Assembly (NCBI GenBank): GCA_001929475.1
Contig: LXFE01000935.1
Coordinates: forward strand, 1-37,896
Origin: Neolecta irregularis DAH-3
Lineage: Eukaryota
DNA length: 37,896 bases
Direction of reading: 5' to 3'
In this document: positions 12,464-25,683 of the stretch, one piece after another
Layout of the letters: each line of letters opens with the position of its first letter
How positions within the stretch are numbered: position 1 is the stretch's first letter
Translations under genes and position numbers: made by a program
The notes under the pieces: model-generated
What the model saw: the letters and a program-made list of their open reading frames with translations, nothing else
Told to the model about the DNA's origin: nothing
The model's database searches: none

Positions 12464-14528
12464 CTATTCGCTGTCGCCTCCCTCCGCTTGCTCATCTTCG
12501 CCGCTTTCTACCTCGCAGATCTCCGCTTCCTCATCGTCCAAAACCTCGAGATCATCCTCGTCTCGATCCTCGTCGCTCTCCTCAGATTCGCCCTCTTCCA
12601 GCATATCTCCCTCAGACTCACCTTCCAAATACTCAACCTCTGGGTCGTCGTCGTCGTCGTCGTTGCGTCCAGGAACCTCTTTCCGCAGTTCCATGTGTGC
12701 ATCAATAATATCCAGGCGTCCCTGAAGCTCTAGCAGTCTTGGTAGCGTAGCCGCCCGAGCAGACAGAGTGGACTGCAGCGTCGCCAGTGTCTTGACTAAG
12801 TGGGGAAGCTAATCATCAATAACATATTACGAGCCAAAAGTATACCGTGATAAGATGTGATCCATGGGCAACAATGACCCACCGTACCCAGATCCCCAGA
12901 CTTCCTGCTCTTGCGGGTTTCCTCGCCATGCGTTCAGCGAGCAGCTCTAATAGCTCTACAGCCAAAGCAGGGTTCATTTTCTGAACTGTTGCGACGACAA
13001 CCCTTGTGTCTTGATGATTAAGACATGTTTCCAGCAGTGCTTGATCTCGGGTTTTCAGAGACTGTGTAAGCACCACCGTTAATGACGATGCGGGAATGCT
13101 TTTCTGAACTCCAACTTCGGTGTTTGTTGACGGATTGGCGAGCTCAAGGGCTTGCAGTTTCTCTCCAAGGGTAGGCTCGGCCTGTTATTAGTAGAGAAAA
13201 GTATTTTAATCCTACCTCGTCATCGGATTTTTCTTCGTTGTGGATTCCATTTGTCATGCTAGGCTCTGGCTCATCAATATCCATGTCAGCCATGTTATTC
13301 CCTGCAACAGTAGTTGAGTGTGCTTCCTGGTATCCTTTGTTCTTTATGTCAGATACACTTCTCGTTTACTCTTACTGAAACACCATTCATCTTGGCTTCA
13401 TAAGTCGAGACTCTCTTCCTCACAAGCTCAATAGGCTTCTCTACAAGAGCTTTTGTCTCTGTATCTCTCCATCGTACAGCCTCTAAAACCGTCCGCGGCC
13501 CTTCAAACCAGGCAATATAGATATCATCCTTGCGAAACACAAGGTCAACAGGCAAGACTTTTTGTCCGTCTGGTCTCGATATAGTAATCCTACTAGTTGA
13601 TCCACGTGTAATGCTTTTCCTTCGTTTTGAAGAATCTGTCACATTGAATGGGGTAGTGAACAACTCGATCGTTCCATCAGCGGTCAACGAAGCCAAAATC
13701 GTATCATTGCCGGATAGTTTCTCAACATCGCTCTCAGACACCAACGCCCCGATATTCTGACACCCAAAGTCGATTTTGTAAATATTCACAAATCGATCAC
13801 CTTCCGCGGCCGTGAGAAAATGTGAAGAGCTGCCCGAGTAGATGACTGAATGAATCGGAGACGTATGACCTGTTACCGTGAATGATGGTTTCTCCAAATT
13901 TGCTTTGTAGCCATGAATTGTGTGCGATGCGTGGATTAGGTATGGCGATTTGTAAGCCAATTTATATCGGGTATTATTCGACTCTCCAGAAAATTTTCTT
14001 CATAGTTGAGTTGTACGAAATCCAAAAGAGTTACCTTTTCTGCTTCCCCTGTCCCAAGTCCCATTCAACAATCCTCCCATCTAGTCCACAAGACCAACCA
14101 ATCGTTGACTTTTCCACAAAGAGAAAATCAGTAACTTGGGAGGTATGAGCACTGGCAAGCGTCTTGACGACATCCGCAATAGTAGGTGAATATAACAAGA
14201 TATCGCCACTCGCCAAACCAATCGCCAATAATGCTTTTTCGCTGCTGACAGCAGGCGTCGTGATTTTCCTTTTCTTTTTATTATGTGAATCTGCCACCGC
14301 AATTTCAGTCCCCCATGATAAACAAGAACACTCGGCTCCTCGATCAAGTGCATATTCACTCTGTACAGCCCCCGTTTCGATCGATATAATCTGCAAACGA
14401 TATGCATCTAGAGACAAAACGGCGGAAGCAAACAGTGGTAGAAACGGATGGAACGCAGTCTTAGCAGTAATCGTGTCGGAGACATGTTTGGACCTCGTTG
14501 CCTGAGGAAATGATTTGTGTTTGACCAT
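12464..14528 (-). CDS. UTP5: U3 snoRNP/SSU processome t-UTP subunit Utp5 (WDR43), 4 introns
   Basis: N-terminal WD40 repeats, Utp12-type domain (LTQSLKTRDQALLETCL...WVRWVIVAHG...LPRLLELQGRLDII) and an acidic C-terminal tail. Confidence 0.9.
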
Positions 14529-15797
14529 TGTCAAGGTGATGTAAAGGGAACGGAGGGAACGGCGGGTCTGTGGTGGTGGTGTCCAAATTTTTTTTCCTTT
14601 CGTATCACTCACTACTAAGCCCTGCCAGTGAAACCCATGGTTTGAGTTAGTTGTGAGAAGCGATGAGTGGAAAACTGCACTATGGGTAATAAATACGCAG
14701 TAGTCAGTAATATTCAACAGCAGGACCAGCGATAGCGAAAACAGATTTTGTAACAACAATCAAGTTCACATAGCATTTCAACATGGCATATATTGATGAT
14801 AAAACGCGTTATTATAATTCTGGTTATATAAGAAACAAAATAATAATAATAAAAAGATATCCTCCGCATGGTTTTTCCCAACTACAATAGCCCAGGGGCA
14901 CTGCAGAACGACATGAAATATGCGGGCAGCGTTGCAACAGAGCTGCACCTTTCCTTTTCAGAAAAAGGAGCTCCATGCCAAACGCTTCGATCTACGGACA
15001 GCCGATAAGAGTTTAAACCACAACCACATTAATCGAGCCTGCGAGAAGCCCAGTAGGCCACTCAAGCAGACGTCGAAGAGTGATGGCTCTATTCGATCGA
15101 AGTATTCCCAGGCATCGTAGATGAAAATAGCGAGCTATCCATCTTCGCTGCGAGGGAGAAGTCCAGCGGGTTTATGAGGTTTGAAAGTTGCAGGTATTTA
15201 TATGCATGGCAAAGCCCTTAATTAGCTTATTTTGACACTAATCTCTACCCAACGGCCAGTCGAATAACCTGTTGCTACTCAGGCATCTGCACAATTGCTA
15301 TTCCCTGCAACTGTGTGTGATATGAAAGATATGAGATGCCGTGCAAATAATGTATTATACTGCTATATCATATATATCGCCACTTTCCAGAGTCAATCGC
15401 TCGATATATCAGCAAAAGAGCCAACGATCAACCCATCCCTGGAGAAGAAGCAACTCGTTCTCTGCGTCTAGACTGATCGACCGGTGTATTTATAAATCAT
15501 TTCGCAAATCTCCAAAATATTCCCCCAAAACGGAGAAATAGAATGAAAATCATAGCAGTTTGACGAGCCGGGCAACTCAAAGACACGCAGGACTGAACCC
15601 TAGAGCACACGCACATGACATCTTTAGATGTGCTGGATCTAAAGATGGCGTGTACTTCGCTGTGTGAGATAGTGGAGGAAAAGTTTTAAAGCCGAGAGTG
15701 CCGTCATATTGCACATTTGAAACTCCGCGTAGCACGCCACGCCAACAATCAACGCCGGAAAATATATATTCATTTCAGTTTTCTAGAATCAGAAATT

Positions 15798-16553
15798 ATG
15801 ATTTTATTTCCTTCAATAGGCAGGACAGCTCGGTCAATGGTCGCCAACGCAAATCCCTTTCGTCCAAGGGATCTTCACATCGATTCTGGAAACTCCCAAA
15901 CAGATGCATTTTTGACCCAAGTCCTGCACAAGAAAAACCATCTGACCCGCTCTGACAGATCTGGCAAGAAAACTATAATCTTCAATAGCGAGGCGAAACC
16001 AGTTACCACTCCTCCAGCCATGACCAAGAACGTCATGAATCGAACAAACAGAGGTCTCTTTGCCGGACGACACATTCGTTATGGAAACAACGTTCCTCAT
16101 TCCAAGAAGAAGACCAGAAGAAGTTGGATTCCTAATATCACCCATCGAAGGCTACATAGTGGAAGCATGGAATCGACTATCAAAGTCAAATTGACACATC
16201 GAGCGTTAAGAACCATTCGAAAAGTCGGGGGAGTGGACAACTATGTCATGGCCACAAAAAAACGAAGAATAAATCAACTTGGGCCTCGCGGTTGGGAATT
16301 ACGGGAAATGGTGGTTACTCATCGCATGATTCAGAGTTTAATGAAGGCCGGAAAGAAAATAGATACTTCTCTTAAGCGTCCACGGATTCCTGCAAAAGAA
16401 CGAACACCATCTAGTTTTCGGCGCTTACTGGAACCACGAGCGCAAGAACCACCCCCGCCGCTACCCAAAAGCGTGAAAAAGAAGAAAACAAGATCAAAAA
16501 TGTTAGCTAGGGCCGCGAAATCAGAGAGAAGAAAAGTGAGGAAGGTGGCTTGA
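15798..16553 (+). CDS. MRPL24: Mitochondrial ribosomal protein bL28m
   Basis: L28 motif NRGLFAGRHIRYGNNVPHSKKKTRRSWIPNI...ALRTIRKVGGVDNYV. First ATG at 15798. Confidence 0.9.
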   Translation: MILFPSIGRTARSMVANANPFRPRDLHIDSGNSQTDAFLTQVLHKKNHLTRSDRSGKKTIIFNSEAKPVTTPPAMTKNVMNRTNRGLFAGRHIRYGNNVPHSKKKTRRSWIPNITHRRLHSGSMESTIKVKLTHRALRTIRKVGGVDNYVMATKKRRINQLGPRGWELREMVVTHRMIQSLMKAGKKIDTSLKRPRIPAKERTPSSFRRLLEPRAQEPPPPLPKSVKKKKTRSKMLARAAKSERRKVRKVA

Positions 16554-16594
16554 TTGTATATGACAAATGAACGCACCGATTTTGTTAAAATCTA

Positions 16595-16627
16595 CCAAAT
16601 CAACGCCCAAATCAACGCCCAAATCAA
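16595..16627. repeat. 12-bp minisatellite (CCAAATCAACGC, ~2.7 copies) between the convergent MRPL24 and RGP1 ends
   Basis: CCAAATCAACGC CCAAATCAACGC CCAAATCAA read directly. Confidence 0.85.
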
Positions 16628-16678
16628 ATTCTATTTTAATGAGAAGGGAGCATTCCGACCCTATAACCACTCGGTCGC

Positions 16679-19250
16679 TTATATTGTATGTATTAGAGAC
16701 CGAACTTCACCTTCCGTTCCAGCGTCTTGTGATGGTGGAAATATTTGAATAGGAATCTTGCAATCAAAGGAGCTGCTATCCAATGAAACCACGGGCACAA
16801 ATATTCTTCCTCGGTTATCATGTAGCGACTGTGTCAAAAAAGCTCGTTCCGAAATATCGCTCCCATGAATTGATCCAGAGTTTTCATCGTCCTCCCCCGG
16901 TTTAATTTCATTAGCAGTAACAAATTCAAGGCAAAGATGCCAAGAATGTGAAACTGACACATTAGATTTTCTTCGACATTGACAAGGACTACCTCCAGAT
17001 GTACTCATAGTAGGCGAAGCATTCAGTGGGATTCCGAAAGAAAATGTCTCCCGTTCAGTATTGGTGGTTCCAGCAATATGCTCCACATGAACTTTCCTTG
17101 TAGCACGGTAAACAGAAGCCTCGGACCGGACAGCCAATTCCTGACTCACGGATTCTGAACTCTCCAACGTGATTTTGACCTGCTTCATCAACTACCGCTA
17201 CAAAGAGCAATGAACCCTCATATTTTTCAATAAACTTTTCGAGAAATCAATAATTCCGACAATGGTTTGGCCTAATGTATACGCAGGCCGATTAATCATT
17301 AAAATAGCAATTCTTTTCCCCATCTTGCCAATATCAAAACTCCCACCTCCAGAGTATCCACCACGGATAGCATGTTCAATAGCATCCGAACAGAGCAACG
17401 TTTTATTCGCTTTTCCCATTGTCTGGGCATTCGAAAAGCTCAAATTTCGACGCGTTCTTCTGGGACTGGAGGGCTGATTTGACAATAACTCTCCAACGTA
17501 TTGTAAAAAGTCCTCTTGATCGGCATCAGATACTCGTTCCACTCTCTTTGATGTCTGAGGAACAATTTTGATCAATCCATCTGGTCTTTTCCAGATAGTC
17601 TGATCAGTTGTATCGATGTCAATTATTTTTGAGTCATCACGCTGTCGGACAACTGGCTTGCGGAGATTATATGTAAATATTCGTCCCTGTGCTATATATA
17701 AGTCTTGCTTGATCAGTGGATGAATGCACCATCTACTCTTGAGTATATTTTTATCGGAATTTTGACAAGAGTTGGGGTTTGAGAGTCACTTCTCACACGC
17801 TGAGATGCGATGTTAAGATTATAAGTGATCTTCAATGCTTTTCCGCGATGAGAGGAAGGAATCTCCATGGGTAGAACGGTATTGAATGTAAAAGTTCTTG
17901 ATTCTCCGGGAGCTAATCGTAAATCGACGAATAGAATTGTTGGAGGTGTGGAAAGAACGGGAACTTCCTTCGTGTCTGCCAGGTAAGCATACATCCGAAT
18001 TGGATACTATACGAGCTCGATCTTGCATTTCATCCAGAGTACTCAATTTCGAACCGCCAAACCATCCGCTGAATCCATTGAGAAGTCCAGCAGCTGGTCG
18101 TTCACGAAACATTTCGACACCAATGACACCACCACCCGTCTGGTTTCCAATGACAGCTTGCTTCTTTATTTCGTCAAAAGGTCTTGTCTGAACTAATGCT
18201 TCGTCGACAACAAAAGATCCTTCAAGTCGGACATATCCCATCATCAACATCTCTGGCCCTCGGGGTCGGGACGATAACGAAAGGAAGCCAATGCTTTGTC
18301 TTCTCGACAAGGAGCCATTGGAAAGCGAAGGAAATCGTTGATAGAAAGATTTTCGTGATGTAAAATTCGTTGTGTAAGTAGATATTAAGGTCTCATTTGT
18401 CGTATTTGTCAAAGCATAAAATTCTACGCTCGATCTGGGAGTTTCTTGATCTGGTGGATCTGGTTTAGTCGTATGAAGAATCCTATTTTCTGAAGGCTTA
18501 TCATTTTCGATTGGTCGAGTTGTGTTTATAGGGCTCTGACTTGTATTTGACACGGTAGCGGATTGGGGGAGCGGGAAGGGGGATTCGGTATGCGGACCAT
18601 TAGGAGATGGCGTACGATGAGCAGGAAATCGAAAACTATTCAATCCAGAATTCGAATGCGCATGACGCGGTGTAGGAGGTTGCGTAAGAGGAGCGATGCC
18701 ATCTAGAAATGTAAATATAGCTCAATAAGATCGACTTACTTGTATGATAACTAGGAGATCGACCAAGATGAAAAGGTCTTGCGGATGACGGGCCATTCAC
18801 AATCCCAGAACTCCAGTTACGTGAATGGGTTTGTGTTAACGAAGCCGTACGTTCATGACCATTAATAGGAGCACTGCGAAGAGGTGCTTCTCCAGGAGGT
18901 TGAGTTATTGATACTATTGAAAGAGATCTCTGACTTCCACTTCTTTGAGATTTCAGCGGGCGGGATTCACGTCGAAACTGCACTCCCTTATCCGAAGCAG
19001 TAGAATCTGACTGTTTGTGAAAAAGCAGAGGCTTGACTTCTTTCGCTGAGATGCTCGGCTGTGTACTCCGACGGACCGTTTTCTTTGGAGAAAAAGGAAC
19101 ATCAAAGATCGGTGTACTTTCTGCAGTCTGTACCGGACATTGAGCAGTATTCTTAAATGTGACTTCGCAGGAAAACCTTTCACCCGCAAAAAATGCAGAC
19201 TTTTGAAAGTTTACTTGGACACATATCGGCGACGGCGTGGTGTTAGACAT
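16679..19250 (-). CDS. RGP1: Rgp1-domain protein (subunit of the Ric1-Rgp1 GEF for Ypt6/Rab6), 5 introns
   Basis: FFAGERFSCEVTFKN; LMMGYVRLEGSFVVD; PVLSTPPTILFVDLRLAPGESRTF...PSSHRGKALKITY; terminal SFDCKIPIQIFP. Confidence 0.88.
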
Positions 19251-19467
19251 GACCTTACTCAGACGAACTACAGCAGATCGAATAGCACATTATGACGGGC
19301 GGACAAAGTTTATGGGCGAAGAAAGGAATAATGAACAAAAGTCGAAGAGGATGGTAACGGTCGTGAAGGGATAAAAGCTAGAGTCCGATCTAAGGTGGAG
19401 AGCTTTCCACTAACCGCTTATTCAATAGCAACGGCAATCGCTAAATCCGATGTTTCACATCCATAGA

Positions 19468-20799
19468 ATGGCTGTGGGATTCAATAAACCATGGTCGTCA
19501 ATTCTCCCGTCTTTGTCAGTGTTCTTGGTTTGGTTTTGTATCATATCATCCACAACTTCATCGTCATCTCGAGATGAAACCGTAAAGTCATTCTATTCCT
19601 CTAGCGACCATACCAACAACTGGGCCGTCCTCGTATCAACGTCTCGGTTCTGGTTCAATTACAGAGTTTATTCCTCTTGTCTCTGTTAAAGCTTACCAAG
19701 AAGCATATGTCGAACGTGCTTGGGATGTATAGAACCGTCAGACGTCTGGGAATCCCGGATTCTCAGATCATTTTGATGTTGGCAGACGACGTAGCTTGTA
19801 ACTCAAGGAATACTTTTCCCGGGACTGCTTTCAATAACGCAGATCGAGCATTAGATTTATACGGAGATAGTATTGAAGTCGATTACCGCGGTTACGAAGT
19901 CACAGTGGAAAATTTCATTCGTCTTCTGACGGGTATTTACAATCAAGAGTATGGCTGAGAGATAAAGGTCGTGTAGAGCCGGATACACCAAGATCGAAGC
20001 GTCTACTCACCGATGATAGATCCAACATATTCGTTTACATGACAGGACATGGCGGAGACGAGTTTCTGAAATTCCAAGATGCCGAAGAGATTAGTGCATT
20101 CGACCTAGCAGATGCATTCGAGCAAATGTGGGAGAAGAAGCGGTACCTTTTTATTTTGTTGATGCCACTGAATAAGTTAGATATCATGAAATACTATTCA
20201 TGATCGATACATGCCAGGCAAATACCATGTACTCCAAATTCTACTCTCCAAACATTCTGGCATCGGGCTCCTCGGAAATAAAGGAATCGTCATATTCAGT
20301 ACAATTATCCCCTTTTGAATCTAATTGTTAGCACCACGCAGACAGTGATATCGGAGTTGCGGTGATAGATCGATATACTTATTACACTCTCGACTTCCTT
20401 GAACGCAACGTGGATGTAAATTCCCAGTTAACAATGAAAGATCTCTTTGATTCCTATGACAAAGAATTGATTCACTCCACGCCTGGTTTTCGCACCGACT
20501 TATTCAAAAGGCCAATAGAAGATGTCAAGATTACTGATTTCTTTGGAAGTGTTCAGAATGTAGAAGTTAGCAAAGAAGAGACGATGTTTGATTTTCACGG
20601 TACTGATGTTCTATCACCGAGAGAAACCATAAAGGTTGAAAGACCGCCCGTTGAGGATGACCATATGTCCAGAAAGGTAGCTATATCTCATCCATTCTCA
20701 GTACAAATCCAAGGAAATGCATGGAAGAACTTCAAAGGCGTAATCGCTGTTGGAATGTTATCATTAGGTGTTTTGTTGGTTTCCAAAGTTTCAAGCTAG
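19468..20799 (+). CDS. GPI8: GPI transamidase catalytic subunit (PIG-K, peptidase C13), 4 introns
   Basis: [27 protein letters not shown] (catalytic His) and MIDTCQA (catalytic Cys); N-terminal signal and C-terminal TM helix. Alternative start at 19450. Confidence 0.97.
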
Positions 20800-20984
20800 C
20801 TCAATAGATTGTAAGCATGTCGTCTTTCTCCTTCTATCTCATACTGATCAAGATCACATACTATACTTGAACCCATCAAACTAATATATAGACAGAAAAA
20901 GTAAGATGCTTATCCAATGCACAATAATATACAATTTCACCGCTATAACTTAATATAACATAACGCCGAAAGACAAAACAACTA

Positions 20985-23900
20985 TTAAAGATTAAAGGAA
21001 TTAAGATCACCATTCGACATCTTCGACATCTTCGCCTCCATTGTCTTTAAAAGACTTTCACTGTATCTTTCAAGCAATTCCATTACTTGTGGGTCATTGT
21101 CCACATCAGGTACACCAATGATATTCTTTAACAACTTCACCGTTTGATCGAGTTCACTTTGTAATCCACGAAGCTCCACCCGTTCTGCAGCAGTGAATGG
21201 CTTGTCTCGTGCCAAAGTTTCTCGATAATCATTCAAAATATTCCGCATCTGAGTAATTGAGGTTTCTTCTTTGACGATGTGAACCCCATTAACATTTTTC
21301 TGCAAGGTCTTTGGAGACATCACAGGATTTTCGTCCATGTTTGCAATATTTGGACTTTGTACAAGGGTTCCCTTACGGAGTCGTCCAGTTGACCTAGGAG
21401 TGCCAGTACTTTCATCACTAGACCGAAGTGGACTAGTGACAGCTATGGGAGACAAGGTGCCTTGAAAGGGTAGGATTCCATGGAAAGGGGGGATCTGTCC
21501 AGGGGCTTCATCTGTAGGTGAAGGAGTTTGTAATTTATTTCTTGGAAACAGTCTTGGAGTTGATATCGATTTTCTAATTTTGCGAGAGAGAGGAGTTGCT
21601 GAAGGACTCTCGGCAAGCGTACGTCCGCGTCGAATAGAGACTGAATGACCGTTTGATTTGTCCGGGATAGGATCATTATCTTCAAAGTTCCAGAACAAAA
21701 CACATCCATCGTAGCCTGTTGTAATCAAAATCTTTGAAGTCTGCTGCTTTCCGTCTTCATTTTTCACTGTCCTCCGCAACCATGTGACACCCGAAACTCC
21801 CTCCGCATGACCCCATTCTTTCTTTAGTTGACATCCAGATTTGACATCGAATATTCGCAGTGACTTGTCTGAGCCAACGCCGGCTACCAGGTATCTTGAC
21901 TGCTCGTCCTTTTGAGAAGCTGATATACTGGTCATCTGCGCCCCATCATCCCCTTTGAAAGCTAGATCGCTTTGACCCTCGAACACATTGACTATATGAA
22001 CTTGACCGTTGGAAAGGGAAGCAAGTATCTTTCGCGGGTCATCAGGAATGAAGGTAGCATCAATGGCTGCACGTTGGAGTTGTATGTTGCGATATGCCTG
22101 GAACGTTGTATGACCTGTTGGTCGACCATCAGTATCAGGTGAACCATTTGCGATGTAGACTGCAACACTGCGATCAGAAGAAATAGTGACCAATTGCGAA
22201 GAATCTGGGCTGAGCAATACGCGGTGAACCGAAGCTGAATGTGTGCTAAGAGTTTGGACTTGCTGCCAGGTATAACCTCGAGTTCTACCCCAAACATTCA
22301 CTGTGCGAAGTCGACTTGAAGTGACGAGAAGGTCTACTATACTAGCTTGCTAGTTTGCACTTTGACGAACCATGTTTAATACGACCACCAGTAGCGATAT
22401 CGCGAACTTCAGAATCATGTCCGATAGTTGTCCATACTGGGACTTCGCTATTACCTCCACGGAAATACCTTTAAATTAGAGGAACAAGAAGTAATATTCA
22501 ATACCTCAATGTGCCGCTCTTATATCCAGCAAGCAATGCCATACTTTGATCTTTAATATCAACGACCGATAGTTCTTCCTCAAATGTCACGTCATGAGCA
22601 GATATATATTGTCCGGACGTGCAACACTCACCCATGGAGTTCCACAGGCATACAGTCCCATCATTTGACCACGTATAAATCAGAGGATCCGCTTCGTCTC
22701 TTTCAAGTACCCGGACGCCCTTGACAGCTGATTTATGGCCGGAAATTTCCAGGTCCTTTCGCTCAACCTGGGTAAGTTGTTCGTTCATGAAGTTATAGAA
22801 TAAGATCTTTCGATCGGTATTAATAGTCGTAATCACGCCATCTGCAAGACAACGAAGAGCAGCGATATCAGAATCATTTGGTGAAACATGAGTCTGTACT
22901 TTTTTGATGGTGAGGGAAGCGTGTATACGAATGTCTTTGGCATCAAGAGTCCTAGTAATTAGTGACAACAAAAATAGATTCCCACCGAATTTGTCCTTCC
23001 ATCCCAGCAATCCAAACCAGATCTTTCAGAGGATCGTAATCGACGCTGAATATGCCGAAATTTACTTCTGCAAGTTTCTTCAGCTCCCGTTTATCGTTCC
23101 CTAGCACACATATATCGCCTATTGACGAGCATATAACCATCATGTGAGGCGAGATAGCTGTAACGCAAGTGAAATAAGAGTCAACTAGTGGTCCTAGGAT
23201 GACACTCCGGTTTTCGAAGGGCATTGGACAGTGATGAATCCCCGGTTTCTGTTCATATTAGACTAATGGATCTCCATTTTTGGATATACATTTGATTCGG
23301 GAACCTGCCAAACTTTAATACTCCTCAGACCCACCGTTACCAAGGATTTCCCCATCCAAGCCATGGCTCGAGTGGCAATTGTATGTTTGTTAGTCGCGAG
23401 CTTCTTTGAACCCTTTCCTGATGAGACACTCCATCTGAATCTCAGTGTACAATGAATAAAGGATGCATACAAGAAGATATATCCATCATCAACTTGTCCC
23501 AGACTTGCAAGCATAGTATTACACGGTGAAAAAGCGAGCAAAATAACGCCCTGAGTATGTCCGGGTAAACATACAGGTATCTGTTCATTCTGTGCCAGGT
23601 TGAGTTTGTAGATAACGATTCTTGGCATGGTTCCTCCTTCTCCGATAGCTAAAAGATTTCCATTTTCACTAATGGCCAATGAACTGACATTCCTGACCCG
23701 ATCTTTCTGTAAGCCTTTCCCTGATGTCTCATCAACGTCTGCAGTAGATGAGGAGCTCTCGAAAAAAGAACTTTGGTTGGCTAAGAACGCAGGAGAAATC
23801 AGTGAAGGCATATCTTTCATCCCGTACAACGATCGAGGGCGAACAATGGGGGATGTATTTAGAGATGTGGGTATTGTTGACGAGTTTGACGAATTCGCAA

Positions 23901-24234
23901 GCTGACTCGAGGAGGGACAGTAGAATCGTTGCTGAATACGCCGCACATTTTGGTCTCCTTCGAAATCTGAGCAATTGTCCAGCACGATTGCAGTGCAACC
24001 TGCTGCGTATACTACTCTCGAAGTATTATGATGGGTTGCAAATTGAAGGTTTATGGAAGTAGAGACACCTCGCACGACGGATAAGGACAGCGATACGGAC
24101 TCATTCATAGACTGTTTGTACAGCGACCTGAATACCATGCTTTGCTTTTTCCGGGAGACCGGAGTAGTTAAATGAGAAGGCGACTGTGATTGAAACCTGC
24201 GAGGTGTTGTTTTGAATGTCTGAGTGCGAGCCAT
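20985..24234 (-). CDS. Large WD40-repeat protein, WDR62/MAPKBP1-like (~5 introns)
   Basis: YAAGCTAIV; LAISENGNLLAIGEGGTMPRIVIY; HTQGVILLAFSPCNTMLASLGQVDDGYIFLW; WGHAEGVSGV...GYDGCVLFWN; Ser/Pro-rich tail ending LLERYSESLL. Confidence 0.75.
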
Positions 24235-24382
24235 ATCACAATAGGCAAAGCTAAAAAGATTAGTTTCTTGGTGGTCGGGTTTGACCCGTGGACTGATTTG
24301 TCCCTCGATGGCGTTGGATTATATGCGCGTGTTTGACGCGTGGTCAATTGAAATTAGGGTTACTCCAGCCAGATACTGACAA

Positions 24383-25544
24383 TTATTTCCACCGAGCAAT
24401 TTTCGCCTCCTTGTATATCTCCTCCAAAACCTTCTTGCACCGTTCTATTTGCTCAAAATGCTCTTCTATAGTCCTGCCCTTGAGAGGAAGGTACTTGAGA
24501 GATTGCCGTTCGACCGCTTTCACATCTTGGGCTAGGCTCGTTATGGTATCTATGCTCGCCTTGGAATGAGTCATATGGTATATGCTGGGAAATGTCAGTA
24601 GATATTAGATGCCAGACCTTACTTGTCTAGAACTTCTTGCAGCTCGGCCTTTAGAGCCTGTGTGCGCTGTGCAGCAGTCATGCTAGCCAATTGTGTTTTC
24701 GGCTAGTAGTATTGGCTAGATACTGAAAGCAGATTGCATACCTGAGGTGATTCTCGTTCGAATGGGAGGCGGTATGAATGCCGCAGAATCGTGCTAGGAC
24801 CCAAATAACCGTTACTTCTGGTTGACTGTCTACGATTGTGCATTTGTAAAGGACTCTGTGTATACTCAGGCTCTCTTCCAGACCTTATTGAGGGAACGGT
24901 GTTGCTTCTTGGTAAAGACGGTACATGCGCCGGAAATTTTGACTGAGCTCTTGCCAACTGACCTTGGAAGCGAATATTCTCCTCCATTGATTCCGTAGCA
25001 ACATTCTCCCATCTTTCAACTCGCAGATTGAGCTCGGACAGCACATTTTTGTACTCTGCACGTTCTTTCTGGATGTTTTCGACTTGTTCTCTTAGACGCT
25101 CCTCGTAAGATTCAAACATGGTTTGCCATTGTTTATCTTTCAGTTTATGTTGCTTCTCATAATAACCCAACCGCTCAAGGAGCATATTTACGGCCACCAA
25201 ATCTGTTCTAGATAGCTAGTATACATTAGCTGTGTGCAACAAGACGTTGTATGGTTCAACACCTTGTTCAGCGAGTGGGAAACTAGATTCTTGATTTGCG
25301 TCCCATCAGGAAGATTCTCCGAGGTATCTAGATATGTTAATTCGACTTCAAAATGGAATGTACGTCTTAACAATCCGTTCTCACTTACAACTTCGATTAA
25401 TCTCTTTCGTTCGTTCATAAGGTCATTTTCCAGGCTAGTTATTTGATCTTTCAATGAGACAATTTGATCATTCAGGCGGCCGATTTGATCTCTCATATAC
25501 CTTCCTTCTTGAATAGACAGGGAAAGGCTGTTCAAATCGTTCAT
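24383..25544 (-). CDS. Hypothetical coiled-coil protein (~4 introns; start uncertain)
   Basis: Heptad-rich E/K/Q/L ORFs (25188-25589, 24703-25200, 24383-24574) can be joined in frame by 36-47 nt GT-AG introns. Confidence 0.65.
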
Positions 25545-25683
25545 TATCTGCAATTTGTTGTGAAGGCTGGGGTGTTTGGATGAAACCAAACGGAGGTTCG
25601 AAGAAACAACATTACACCATTTCCCAACCGTTAATAACTAATACTGTGGATCCATTGTTTTTTAAGCATTTAAAGTACTAGAA

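Noticed and set aside
14760-15797. Short ORFs or an ncRNA in the UTP5/MRPL24 divergent spacer
   Set aside because: No recognisable protein motif, tRNA cloverleaf or snoRNA box arrangement that I can support.
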